Below are positions 19,888 to 29,476 of a stretch of 64,000 nt of DNA, one piece after another. Each line of letters opens with the position of its first letter. Within the stretch, counting starts at the first letter, position 1. The position numbers and the translations under genes are program-made. The notes below the pieces were generated by a model. The model did no database searches. It saw nothing but the letters and a program-made list of their open reading frames with translations, and had not been told where the DNA came from. Where the stretch lies: positions 3,488,001 to 3,552,000 of the forward strand of contig CBDCOX010000002.1 in the NCBI GenBank assembly GCA_965219995.1, written 5' to 3'. The DNA is from Candidatus Latescibacterota bacterium. Lineage in GTDB: Bacteria; Latescibacterota; UBA2968; GCA-2709665.

Positions 19888-21123
19888 ATGAGATCCATCG
19901 TATATATCGGCCTGTTGGTGTGTTTACCGGGCATCGTCTATATCCTTGCCGACGCGGGTCCCGCCAATGCGCAGGAAACGGCGGTAACGGCCGGCGACGT
20001 TGACATCGACGAGCCTGCTACCTTGAGGGCATTCGTGGAATACGCGAAATCGCAACTGGATGATATCGCTGACGCCGCCGAACTGGCCGTCGTATGGAGC
20101 AGTATGCGTCTCGAGGGGGACTGGAAGTCAGGCAATACATACTTAATCGTCCTCAACAGCCGGGGCTCCGTGCTGTTCCACGCCGATCAGCCCGATGCCG
20201 AGGGAAAAACCCTCAGGCGCATTGTCGATGCCCGGCGAGACAGCATTGGAAAGAATCTTCTCATGGAGGCGGCTGCCGGCGGAGGTTTTGTCGGTTACTA
20301 TTGGGACGATCCCGACGTTGAGGGAGACGATAGCGGTCACCCCAAGGTCGCCTACGCCACGCAGTTTTTCTCGGAGGCAACCGACGAAAACCATATTCTG
20401 GTCGGCGGTTTTTACCAGGACCTATCGGATCTGCCCACCGGCGATCCCGTTTCCGTACCCCGCCCGGACATCACTGCCGGCGAGGTGGTGGACCGCGAGA
20501 CCCTGAAGGCCTTTGTCGAGAGCGCTCTGAAGGCTTTTTCTGCCGCGCTTGAGCGGATCGGTCTGGAAAAAGTGGGTCAGATCAGGGACATTTTCCGCGA
20601 TGAGGGAGGGTACTGGAAGCACGGTTCAATATACGCCTTTGTCGTTACAACCGCCGGATACGTGGTGTTTCACGGGGCGGACCCCGAACGCGAGAATCGA
20701 TTTGCAGATGTGGATATTGAAGACGCCAATGGCGTGAAGTTCGTCCACGAACTCTTCAGAGCGGCGCGGGAGGGTGGCGGCTACGTGGAGTATACTTGGG
20801 ATGATCCAACCGTGGACGAGGACGGCGACGGCGAGTTGTTGGGCGACACGACCGGCTCGTTCAAGGTGAGTTACGCGCTGCTCCATACCCATCTCGGGGA
20901 AGAGTACGTCATCGCCGCCGGCATCTATCGGCGGGGGCCCGATTTCGACGAGGACGGGGCCGTCGGCTTCAGCGACTTCATTCTGTTCGCGAGGCATTTC
21001 GGGTTGAAAAAGAATGACGCAGGTTTCGACGGTCTTTACGATCTGAACAGCGATGGCGAGATCGCGTTTGCTGATTTCGTACTCTTTTCCATGGACTTCG
21101 GCAAACGCGTGCGTTCGAATTGA
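19888..21123 (+). CDS. Secreted protein with two single-Cache domains and a C-terminal dockerin-like/EF-hand module
   Basis: Signal-like N-terminus; duplicated TLxAFVE...WKxGxxY...GGxVxYxWDDP...KVxYA; DFDEDGAVGFSDFILFARHFG...DLNSDGEIAFADF. Confidence 0.75.
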   Translation: MRSIVYIGLLVCLPGIVYILADAGPANAQETAVTAGDVDIDEPATLRAFVEYAKSQLDDIADAAELAVVWSSMRLEGDWKSGNTYLIVLNSRGSVLFHADQPDAEGKTLRRIVDARRDSIGKNLLMEAAAGGGFVGYYWDDPDVEGDDSGHPKVAYATQFFSEATDENHILVGGFYQDLSDLPTGDPVSVPRPDITAGEVVDRETLKAFVESALKAFSAALERIGLEKVGQIRDIFRDEGGYWKHGSIYAFVVTTAGYVVFHGADPERENRFADVDIEDANGVKFVHELFRAAREGGGYVEYTWDDPTVDEDGDGELLGDTTGSFKVSYALLHTHLGEEYVIAAGIYRRGPDFDEDGAVGFSDFILFARHFGLKKNDAGFDGLYDLNSDGEIAFADFVLFSMDFGKRVRSN

Positions 21124-21300
21124 CAGCATCCGGCAGACGGGTTGCTGTTAGAGTTTGGAGGGGGTCGAACGGGAGGCGGCAAGGGGTGAAATAATGGGAG
21201 GATTTTAGCGATTTGAGATGAGGCAACGGGCGAGTCGTCCGACCTTTCTCTGTCGCAGCTATGCGAAAAGACAATGCGGCGCGGGAGGAACCCGCCCACC

Positions 21301-21335
21301 CAAAGAGGGCCGTGTGTATCACACGGCCCTCTTTG
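21301..21335. terminator. Bidirectional terminator-like hairpin
   Basis: Perfect 16-bp arms CAAAGAGGGCCGTGTG-TAT-CACACGGCCCTCTTTG between convergent genes. Confidence 0.7.
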
Positions 21336-21378
21336 CGTATGGAGAAAGGATTTCGGTTATTCGCTAAAGACGTCGTTC

Positions 21379-23736
21379 TCAGTTGACGATGAACGTGTTC
21401 TCGCTGGCATATCTTCCGCGCTTTCCGTCGATCGTGATCTCCGCGACCATCCGGTATTCCCCGGCGCTCGTGGTGGAGTAGGGACACAAGCCCACGCGCT
21501 GTGTGGCCGGAATATCAGCCCAGGACTCACCGTCCTTTCGCTGCCACTTTGACGAGTGGGTCGTGTAGGTCGCCCCGCCGATGGAGATGCCAATGAGTGT
21601 GATACACTGTTCAGTTGACGACAGCGCCAGGAATTCAACCCCGCCGTTCGACACGCGAAGCCCGGCCAGCGGCCTTGTTTCCACCGGCGTGGTCGTCGTT
21701 TCCTCGCAATTCTCGCCGGTGGTCCGGTCGATTCCCTCCAGCCATGACTGAAAGGCCTCGTCGAGCGGCGCGCACAGCCCGGTGCCGTGGAACTGGAAAT
21801 CCTCCATGTCGCTCAAGTTGGTCAGGCTGAAGGGAAGCGCGCCCTTCAGGTCTGCATTGTCGTTGACCCACAGCTGAGAAATGCTGGACAGGTTGCCCAT
21901 GGCTTCGGGAAATTCGCCGGTCAACGAATTGTCCGAAAGGTCGAGCCACACAAGGGCGGGCGAGCTCCCAAATTGGGGGAGGATCGGACCCGTCAGCTTG
22001 TTCTCGGAAATCCACAGCACCTCGAGCGAGGCCATCCCGGTCAGCTCGACCGGTATCTCTCCAGACAGTTCATTCTTGTCGAGTTCCAGCCATCGCAGTT
22101 CCGGAAGGGCGCCAAGTTCCCGGGGAATCTCGCCGTCCAGCTTGTTTTCGTTAAACCTCAGCACTTCGAGGGCGGTCGCCCCAGCCAGCGCAGGGGGTAT
22201 GGCTCCGGACAGTTCATTCTCATTCAGGAAGAGCCTCTGCAGGTTGGTCAGATTGCCCAGGGTACCGGGAATCTCACCGGAAAGTTTATTGGAGCTGAGC
22301 CATATCAAATTTCCGTCGGTCATATCGCCCAGTTCGGCGGGTATGGCGCCGCTCAGCTCGTTTTCCGAGAAGTCCATCCAAAGCAGGTCGGTCAGGCCGC
22401 CCAATTCGGGTGGTATCTGTCCGGATAATGCGTTGTTCCAGATCCACAGGATCTTCAGGTTCGAAAGGTCACCCAATTCGGCGGGTATCTCACCACTCAG
22501 CTCGTTTTCGTCGAAATTCAGCCACCTCAATTCGGTCAGATCGCCAAGTTCGGCGGGTATGGCTCCGCTCAACTGGTTGGCATTGAGTCCCAGCCATCGG
22601 AGTTTGGACAGAGCCCCCAGTTCGGCGGGTATCTCACCGCTCAACGCGTTCCGGTGCAGAAAAAGCGCTTCATTGTGGGTGGAGTTGGCTAACTCTACAG
22701 GAATCGGACCACTGAGGCCGTTTCGTTGAAGGTGGAGCCGTCTGAGATGAGACAGGTTGCCCAATTCGACCGGGATTTCGCCCGTCAGGTTGTTTTCGCT
22801 CAGGCTTACGACGGAAACGCGCCCGTCGAATGCGATGACGCCGTGCCACGTGGAAACGTGTTTGTCGGTAAGCCAATTTGTCCTTTCCGTCCAGTTGTCT
22901 CCGCCCGTCGACCTGTAAAGCGCCACAAGGGCGTCGCGCTCGGCGGGATCCAGAAGCGGGGCGGGCGGCGGCAGTTCCTTTCCGAACTGGGCGGCGAATT
23001 GCAGAAAATCTCCCATTCCGATGGTCTCGTCTCCATCCAGATCAAATCGGGCGTCGAATGAATCGTCGTCTCGTTCCACGCCGAAGTGGCTCGCGAATTC
23101 CAGAAAGTCGGCCAGCGCAACCGTACCGTCTCCGTCGAAGTCGGCGCGATGGATCTCAAGTCCGGGAGACGGAGCCGCCGTACTGTCCTGCAGGGAAATG
23201 TCGATGTCCAGCGACGCGGTTTCCTTACGGTATCGGCCGAGGGAGATTTCCCCTTCAGCCAGCCGGATCGTTGTGCTCGAAAAAGATGTCGACGTGCGAA
23301 ATCGTGCGGTTCCCAAAAGGCCGGTTCTGGGCGTGGTGCGGCTCGCGAACGGCCAGATGTTGATCTCCACGGACGTTGGGTGCGTCTCTTCCACCGGTGC
23401 CGCCACGGCATTGGTCATGATCCCGCCGACGTCGAACCCCTCGAAGAGGACCTGGCGCGCGTCGTATTGGAAGAGCATTTTTACCGCGGTTGCCCCCTGG
23501 ATGTCATCGCCGAAAATCTGTATCGAAACGACGTCCTCGGCGGAGACTTCAAGAGACGTCGTGGCCTGATCGCCCTCCGCCGCATCCAGGTCTGGAGATA
23601 ACGAAAACGGACTCTGGGAAGAAATCGGCTGCGGACCAATCCACAGAATCAGGACGATGATTGTAACGAACAACACGACCGCCACACCGAAATACCGGGC
23701 GGGCCAGCGAGAGGGATAAATTCTCAATTCGGACAT
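21379..23736 (-). CDS. Membrane-anchored or secreted cohesin-like + dockerin-like + plant-type LRR protein
   Basis: N-terminal TM helix, beta-sandwich segment, ADFDGDGTVALADFLEFASHFG, LRR cap ERDALVALY...W, 14-15 LxxLxLxxNxLSGxIPxELG repeats. Confidence 0.82.
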   Translation of the reverse strand: MSELRIYPSRWPARYFGVAVVLFVTIIVLILWIGPQPISSQSPFSLSPDLDAAEGDQATTSLEVSAEDVVSIQIFGDDIQGATAVKMLFQYDARQVLFEGFDVGGIMTNAVAAPVEETHPTSVEINIWPFASRTTPRTGLLGTARFRTSTSFSSTTIRLAEGEISLGRYRKETASLDIDISLQDSTAAPSPGLEIHRADFDGDGTVALADFLEFASHFGVERDDDSFDARFDLDGDETIGMGDFLQFAAQFGKELPPPAPLLDPAERDALVALYRSTGGDNWTERTNWLTDKHVSTWHGVIAFDGRVSVVSLSENNLTGEIPVELGNLSHLRRLHLQRNGLSGPIPVELANSTHNEALFLHRNALSGEIPAELGALSKLRWLGLNANQLSGAIPAELGDLTELRWLNFDENELSGEIPAELGDLSNLKILWIWNNALSGQIPPELGGLTDLLWMDFSENELSGAIPAELGDMTDGNLIWLSSNKLSGEIPGTLGNLTNLQRLFLNENELSGAIPPALAGATALEVLRFNENKLDGEIPRELGALPELRWLELDKNELSGEIPVELTGMASLEVLWISENKLTGPILPQFGSSPALVWLDLSDNSLTGEFPEAMGNLSSISQLWVNDNADLKGALPFSLTNLSDMEDFQFHGTGLCAPLDEAFQSWLEGIDRTTGENCEETTTTPVETRPLAGLRVSNGGVEFLALSSTEQCITLIGISIGGATYTTHSSKWQRKDGESWADIPATQRVGLCPYSTTSAGEYRMVAEITIDGKRGRYASENTFIVN
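21790..22815 (-). repeat. Coding LRR tandem repeats, 72-bp period
   Basis: 24-aa periodicity seen in the protein and in the DNA (e.g. recurring TTCGGCGGGTAT); boundaries approximate. Confidence 0.85.
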
Positions 23737-24311
23737 GGTTTCCATTCTCCGGATGCAATGCTGTCGTTCCATTTTCTCACATTTTAACATAAGGGATTCC
23801 CCCGATTTCATCAAGGGCATACCAGGTTGAATATTCCTCGCCGATTACGTGGACGTTCCTGGCTCTCCTAACCCCGAATCGGTCAATCGAACAAACGGCC
23901 GTGAGACTCGAGCCCCTTTACACTACAAAGCGGCGAAATCCGCACGTATCGACGATCCATTGCAATCGCTTTCTAAATTTATGCAACAGAATTGTTGTAT
24001 TCAGATTGCCTCGCTCCATATCCAACTCCCGGGACGGGGCTGTCGTAATTATTCGGCAATCAGCATCCGGACGATCTCACGAGAGAAATCAAGCCGACTG
24101 CGGCCTTTCGCACCTGTCCGCGGCGTCTGAGCGTCGTCCAATGGGGTTGACACCGGCGGATTTGTGCGATAGATTTAGTATTAATTGACGCGCGACATAC
24201 GAGAGTTTCACGCGGATTTGGGTTACGTGCCTTAGACGGGGTATATATATATAGGCCAATCGGATGGCCGGCCTTAACATAGCGGCGAACGTCCGCTGAA
24301 GGAGTGCAGGT

Positions 24312-25394
24312 GTGCAGCGATTAATGCTTTTCGCCTTTTGTATGGCGCTGGTTTCTTTCGGACCGGTCATTGCCGATGAACTTACCACGGACGACGGGAA
24401 GCGCGCCAATGTAAATCCGAAGGCGCGGCTGTTAAGCGTCCTGAATGAGGGCATGAGTTCTCTGCCGAAGCCCGTTCCTTCGACGGAAGAAGGGACATTA
24501 AAGGGATACGGGCTTTCGCTGGAACACGTTCCCTCGAAGTACGAGATGGTAAATGGACGTACGTTGCGCGGGGACCCTCTGGACGCCGAGGACACGGAAC
24601 GGTTGCTGTCATCGAAGACAACGAATTTCGGGGAAGGGAAATCCAGCGGAAAACTGACGCGGGGTTTGAACATAACCGGAGGCCGGAACGCGTTTGCCAC
24701 GCTTATGCTGGAAAAGGTTGAGGACTCGAGCGCAGACAAAGACCTCCTGAAACTGCACGTTTCACTGGCGCGCACGAAGGACCTGAAGGGGTACGGGTTC
24801 TCGCTGCTTTACGACCCTGCGAAGTACGATTTCGTGGAAGCCAGAGAACTGGAAGAAGATCTGCTCAAATCCGGCGCGGGTCGGCAGACACTGTTCGTAT
24901 CCGCGAACCACGCGCCGGGCAGGCTGGATCTCGGCGCGGTTAAAGTTGATGGACATGGCGTCAGTGGCGACGGAAAGCTCGTCGAGCTTATCTTCAAGAC
25001 AAACGGCGCGGCCTTGTCAGGCGACTTCAGGGTTTCGGAGGGGGTGCTCATAGGACTCGACGGCGCTATCGACCGGTTGACGTACGTCGATTTCGAACGT
25101 CTGTCGTCACTGCCCGGCGAATACAAACTGGACCAGAATGTACCGAACCCGTTCAACCCTTCTACCGTTATCGGATACCGGATTCCAGAGGCGGGCCCGG
25201 TCCGGCTGGCCATCTATAACCTTCTGGGCCAGGAGGTGCGCGTTTTGGTGGACCTTTATATGGAGGCAGGTTCCTTCGCGGCGACCTGGGACGGGAAGGA
25301 TGAAATGGGTCGGCAGGTGTCCAGCGGCATCTATCTCTACCGGATTCAGGCAGGCGATTTCCTCGCGTCCAGACGAATGATGTTCCTGAAATAA
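24312..25394 (+). CDS. Secreted cohesin-like protein with FlgD-Ig/T9SS-type C-terminal domain
   Basis: Signal peptide; LKGYGFSLLYDPAKYDFV...GDGKLVELIF; LDQNVPNPFNPSTVI...WDGKD...SSGIYLYRI. Confidence 0.75.
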   Translation: MQRLMLFAFCMALVSFGPVIADELTTDDGKRANVNPKARLLSVLNEGMSSLPKPVPSTEEGTLKGYGLSLEHVPSKYEMVNGRTLRGDPLDAEDTERLLSSKTTNFGEGKSSGKLTRGLNITGGRNAFATLMLEKVEDSSADKDLLKLHVSLARTKDLKGYGFSLLYDPAKYDFVEARELEEDLLKSGAGRQTLFVSANHAPGRLDLGAVKVDGHGVSGDGKLVELIFKTNGAALSGDFRVSEGVLIGLDGAIDRLTYVDFERLSSLPGEYKLDQNVPNPFNPSTVIGYRIPEAGPVRLAIYNLLGQEVRVLVDLYMEAGSFAATWDGKDEMGRQVSSGIYLYRIQAGDFLASRRMMFLK

Positions 25395-25488
25395 ACCAGA
25401 CTTGACGTTGCAACGGGATAGACGGGCCGCCCCGAATGTGAGGCGGCCCTTTCCATTCCGATCGATCATCCAATGGAAGGAAGGGAAC

Positions 25489-26394
25489 ATGCCCGGATTA
25501 CTTGCAATCGCCCTGGCGGTCCTGTGCACGCTCGGATTCGTCCCGCCGGTTGCCGCGGAGACCCCGGACTTCTATGCGCACTGGGGAGACGGCAAGGCGG
25601 AGATTTCCAGCTATCGCGTGGTGCAGCCTCGTTACGGAGAGTCACGCGAGGGCTATGGCGTGCTCATCTTCGTCACGGAAGACCTGAACCGGAATACCTA
25701 CGTCAAGGTCGAGTCGCCCACGCCGCAGGCAGACCGGGTCTACGTTCTCAAACTGAACAACATTCTCAAGTTTACCACCGGCATCTACGACTATTCGGTG
25801 ATGACTTCCGTTTTCAGCGCCGTCGAGGGGGTCGCGGGTTCGAATCCGTTCGAGTTGATGAAAGTGAACCTGAGTTCTCAGGAATGGTGCGGGCATATCT
25901 TCGACGAGATACGAGTGGTTGACGGCGAGGTACGCGGCGCCCTGAACAGTTACTTCGAACGCGAAGGGTTGCGTACATATAGCCTGGTCATGCCCGAAGG
26001 GTTTCAGAGCGAGGACCATCTGCTCATTCAGATCAGGGAACTCAAGGGTCCGATGATGCAGGCGGGCGAATCGCGGCCGATCCGGCTTCTTCGGAGTCTA
26101 TGGTCGTTCCGTACGCGGCACCGACCCCATGCGTTGGTGGACGCGAGGTTGAGCAAGGGTATGCCGGAGGCGGTCACTGTCTCGGGAAAAAGCCGCCATG
26201 CGACCCCGTGGCGGCTGGCGGCTGGAGACTGGAGCAAGACAATCTGGGTGGAAACGTCCTATCCGCACCGCATCCTGAAATGGGAGGACGCGTCGGATGG
26301 TTCGTGGGAACTGATGGTGACCGTCCGCGAACCCTACTGGCGTCAAAAAGCGCTGACGGACGAAGTCTACCGGGAGCGACTGGGGATCCCATGA
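25489..26394 (+). CDS. Conserved hypothetical exported protein
   Basis: Signal peptide; WGDGKAEISSY, FVTED, TGIYDYSVMTSVF, SSQEWCG; function unknown. Confidence 0.65.
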   Translation: MPGLLAIALAVLCTLGFVPPVAAETPDFYAHWGDGKAEISSYRVVQPRYGESREGYGVLIFVTEDLNRNTYVKVESPTPQADRVYVLKLNNILKFTTGIYDYSVMTSVFSAVEGVAGSNPFELMKVNLSSQEWCGHIFDEIRVVDGEVRGALNSYFEREGLRTYSLVMPEGFQSEDHLLIQIRELKGPMMQAGESRPIRLLRSLWSFRTRHRPHALVDARLSKGMPEAVTVSGKSRHATPWRLAAGDWSKTIWVETSYPHRILKWEDASDGSWELMVTVREPYWRQKALTDEVYRERLGIP

Positions 26395-26417
26395 ACCACG
26401 ATTTTGGAGGGAAGCGA

Positions 26418-27167
26418 ATGACGCCGATCGAGCAGGCGCGTGAGGCCATTGAGCAGAGCGATATTGAAAAGTTGGAAGCGCTGATTGCATCCTGTCCGGA
26501 CCTGCCGAACATGAGGTCGGAAGACAACGATCGCACGCTGCTTCATACGATCGCGGACTATCCGGGGCACAAGCCAAAGGGCATTGAGATGGCCCGGCTG
26601 GTCATCGACGCGGGGGCCAACGTGAACGCGCGATTTCAGCACGGGCAGATCGAAGCGGTCAGGGAGACGCCCCTGCACTGGGCGGCCAGCAACGACGACG
26701 TCGATCTGGCGGAGCTGCTTCTGGACGCAGGGGCAGATATCGATGCGGACGCCGGCGTTATTGCGAATGGCACGCCGATTTGGAATGCCGTCATTTTTCG
26801 CTGCGTGAACGTTGCGCGTTTGCTGATCGAACGGGGCGCGGCGTCGAACCTGATGACTGCTTCGGGCGCCGGGCGACGAGACCTCGTGGAGACGTACTTT
26901 GACGATCACGGAAACGTGACGGAGACCGCGGGTGCGCTGCCCTGCTGGGATGCGCCGCGGCCGCCGCAGACGACGCTGGACAGCGCGTTCGGATTCGCGT
27001 GTCGAAACGGCCACGCGACCATCGCAAGGGTCCTGTACGAACGCGGCGCCGATCCGGGCTGGGTCAACCCTGCCGGCGAATCCTCATATCAACAGGCGAA
27101 GACCGGCGGTCACAAGATTGTCATGGACTGGATGAAAGCCCGCGGCCTCGCGCCCGACGACGAATGA
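26418..27167 (+). CDS. Ankyrin repeat protein
   Basis: TLLH, ETPLHWAA...LLDAGAD, GTPIWNA; GGAGG RBS. Confidence 0.85.
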   Translation: MTPIEQAREAIEQSDIEKLEALIASCPDLPNMRSEDNDRTLLHTIADYPGHKPKGIEMARLVIDAGANVNARFQHGQIEAVRETPLHWAASNDDVDLAELLLDAGADIDADAGVIANGTPIWNAVIFRCVNVARLLIERGAASNLMTASGAGRRDLVETYFDDHGNVTETAGALPCWDAPRPPQTTLDSAFGFACRNGHATIARVLYERGADPGWVNPAGESSYQQAKTGGHKIVMDWMKARGLAPDDE

Positions 27168-27304
27168 ATCCGGACGCACCTTCTCTCGTCTTTCTTGGCG
27201 ACGATTGCCGGGGCGGGTCGTACGTCTTGCGGATTCGTCTCGCAGCCGGCGACGCGTGGTGGACGTCCCTCCCCGCGCGGCTCCGCGCGGAATTTGATAT
27301 CTGA
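27164..27304 (+). pseudogene. Possible internally deleted DUF123/GIY-YIG-like nuclease remnant (46 aa)
   Basis: ATGA overlap with the ankyrin stop; MNPDAPSLVFLGDDCRGGSYVLRIRL resembles DUF123 N-termini; no catalytic core present. Confidence 0.4.
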
Positions 27305-27342
27305 CAAAACGAGACCTGCTCCCTATCGTCCTTCACGTCCCA

Positions 27343-28365
27343 TCAGGCATTTTGACGGGTTTCCTCAAACCTTCGTAGCACCTGATCCGGTGACGCGGTG
27401 CCGGTTGTTCCGATCTGCTGGATGGTAATGGACGATACCAACACGCCGAGCCGCGCGGCATCGACGTACGAAGCGCCCGCACATAGCGCGGAGGCAATTG
27501 CGGCGGAGACGCTGTCCCCCGCGCCCACCGTGTCGACAGGACCGGGCACCGGGATTCCGGGAACGCGGTGAATCGTGCTCCCATCGTCAGAAAGGATTCC
27601 CTCGGCGCCAAGCGTGATGTATACGGGTCGTCCGGTGCGTGTGGCAAATTGCCGGATTGCGGCGTCCAGGCCCCCCGCCTCTTCCGCGCCGGAGTCGCGG
27701 GATGTCGCTGCGAGCGCCTCCTCGCGGTTGACCTTGGCGATCACCTTATTAAACCGGCCGATGCGTGAACGGGAATCCGCGAGGAAAACGACATCGGGGT
27801 GCGCGCCTGCAAGGCGTGCGATTCCCTCGCGAACGCGGTCCGTAATCACGCCGCAATTGCGTTCCTGGATCTGGTCCAGTACAATTACGCCGTGGACCTC
27901 GCCAAGCAGACTCTCAAGGGCGGTGAGGATGCGGTCTTCCGCGCCTTGTGGAAGGGGCGAGCGATTCTTGATATCGAGCCGCTCCATCTCCTGTCCGGTC
28001 GAACTGAGAACCGGTTTGGTGTAGGTTGGCGTGACCCGCCCCGGGATTTCCATCAGTAGTCGCGTATCCACACCCGTCGCCCGCAGGCCCGCCTTCAGAT
28101 CGTACCCCTGCCCGTCATCGCTGATCACCCCGAGCGCCCGGATCCGACCCACGCCAAGGCCATCGAGATTACTGGTGACGGTTCCCGCCGCGCCGGGGCG
28201 GTTTCGAACCTGCACGACCTGCCGGGTTTCGAGCCCGGTCTCCAGCGAAACTTCAGCGAGGTCCGGATCCACGATGAGATAGCGATCCAGGAAAAAGTCA
28301 CCGATAACCAGAATGGCCAGATTGGAAAACCTGTTCAGCAGCTCTTGCAGATCGGAATGGGTCAT
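27343..28365 (-). CDS. PfkB family carbohydrate kinase (HldE kinase-domain-like)
   Basis: VIGDFFLD, PGAAGTV, TLGAEG, DTVGAGDS. Confidence 0.88.
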   Translation of the reverse strand: MTHSDLQELLNRFSNLAILVIGDFFLDRYLIVDPDLAEVSLETGLETRQVVQVRNRPGAAGTVTSNLDGLGVGRIRALGVISDDGQGYDLKAGLRATGVDTRLLMEIPGRVTPTYTKPVLSSTGQEMERLDIKNRSPLPQGAEDRILTALESLLGEVHGVIVLDQIQERNCGVITDRVREGIARLAGAHPDVVFLADSRSRIGRFNKVIAKVNREEALAATSRDSGAEEAGGLDAAIRQFATRTGRPVYITLGAEGILSDDGSTIHRVPGIPVPGPVDTVGAGDSVSAAIASALCAGASYVDAARLGVLVSSITIQQIGTTGTASPDQVLRRFEETRQNA

Positions 28366-28377
28366 AACGACAGCGGG

Positions 28378-29253
28378 TTATCCCGCAAGTGTTCCTGCGG
28401 ATGGATCCTGCGAATCGAGAAGATAGTCGACGAGGTTCTCCTGGCTCCGAAAGTCCGGGACGATCAGATCCGCCCCCGCCTGGATCAGACGTTCGCGTTT
28501 CCAGGCATTCACACCCCGGCGTCGAGCCTCGTCCGACGCGACCCCCACGGCCGTTCCACCCGCTGACTTGACATTTTCGATCTCCACGTATCCGTCACCG
28601 AAACCCAGCAACTCCCTGCCCCGGATCCCCTCGGTGGCAATCAGATCCCGGATCACCCGTTCTTTGGAAAAATCCTGATATTGATCCCGGGCGCCGTAGA
28701 TGCGATTTTCAAAGAAGGGCGTCAGGCCCAAAAGGGCGGCCTCCTCTTTTACGTAGATTTCGTCGGTCCCGCTTGCCAGGTACAGCGTAAGTCCCCGGCG
28801 TTTCAGGTTGCGAAGGAGATCCAGCGACTTCGGCACCATCAGGTCTTCCGCGGGAACCGCGCCGGAACGAAGACGTTGAATGCGGCCGCTTATGTGGCGG
28901 TTGAGCCGTTCGTGATAGCGGTGTTTGCAGGCGACCGGATCCGGCGGCGCGCCTCCTCGTTTCCGCGCTTCCTCGGCAAGCCGGATCATCTGGTAGATGG
29001 TCTGTTTTCCCGTCAGCCGGTCCACGAAATCCGCGACGACAGACGTCAGTTCGGCTTCGGATTCGCCCGAGTTGCATTCGCCAAGGGTTTCAACCATCAT
29101 CGGTACCATGATTTCCCGCCAACCCTGGCGTATCAGCGACAACGTCCCATCGAAATCAAAGAGTACGGAGCGATAGCCGCCCCGTGTCACCCCCGAACCG
29201 ACCTGTTCGATTCCGGCCTTCTTCAATGAAACGTTTGGCTTCCCTGGATTCAT
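28378..29253 (-). CDS. HAD family hydrolase
   Basis: FDFDGT, LASGT, FGDGYVEI. Confidence 0.85.
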   Translation of the reverse strand: MNPGKPNVSLKKAGIEQVGSGVTRGGYRSVLFDFDGTLSLIRQGWREIMVPMMVETLGECNSGESEAELTSVVADFVDRLTGKQTIYQMIRLAEEARKRGGAPPDPVACKHRYHERLNRHISGRIQRLRSGAVPAEDLMVPKSLDLLRNLKRRGLTLYLASGTDEIYVKEEAALLGLTPFFENRIYGARDQYQDFSKERVIRDLIATEGIRGRELLGFGDGYVEIENVKSAGGTAVGVASDEARRRGVNAWKRERLIQAGADLIVPDFRSQENLVDYLLDSQDPSAGTLAG

Positions 29254-29476
29254 TCACCCAGCCCATGTTGAGGGGACGACGTGGATCTGAGAAACACCGT
29301 TCCGACGGAAAGCGCAATCTAAGTCCGCTTCAGGAATTGTCAAGCGGTTAACCCGCCTGTACGTTCGTTTTCAGGTTCAAATCTGCTTGTGAAATTTCAA
29401 TTCTACATTATCTTAATGTTGTATCTGTTTTGTGTGCGAAAATGAAGGAGGATGAGAGGCGTTTCAGGGGCTGGCT

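Noticed and set aside
18530-22815. Diversity-generating retroelement acting on the TPR or LRR repeats
   Set aside because: No reverse transcriptase and no template/variable repeat pair differing only at adenines.
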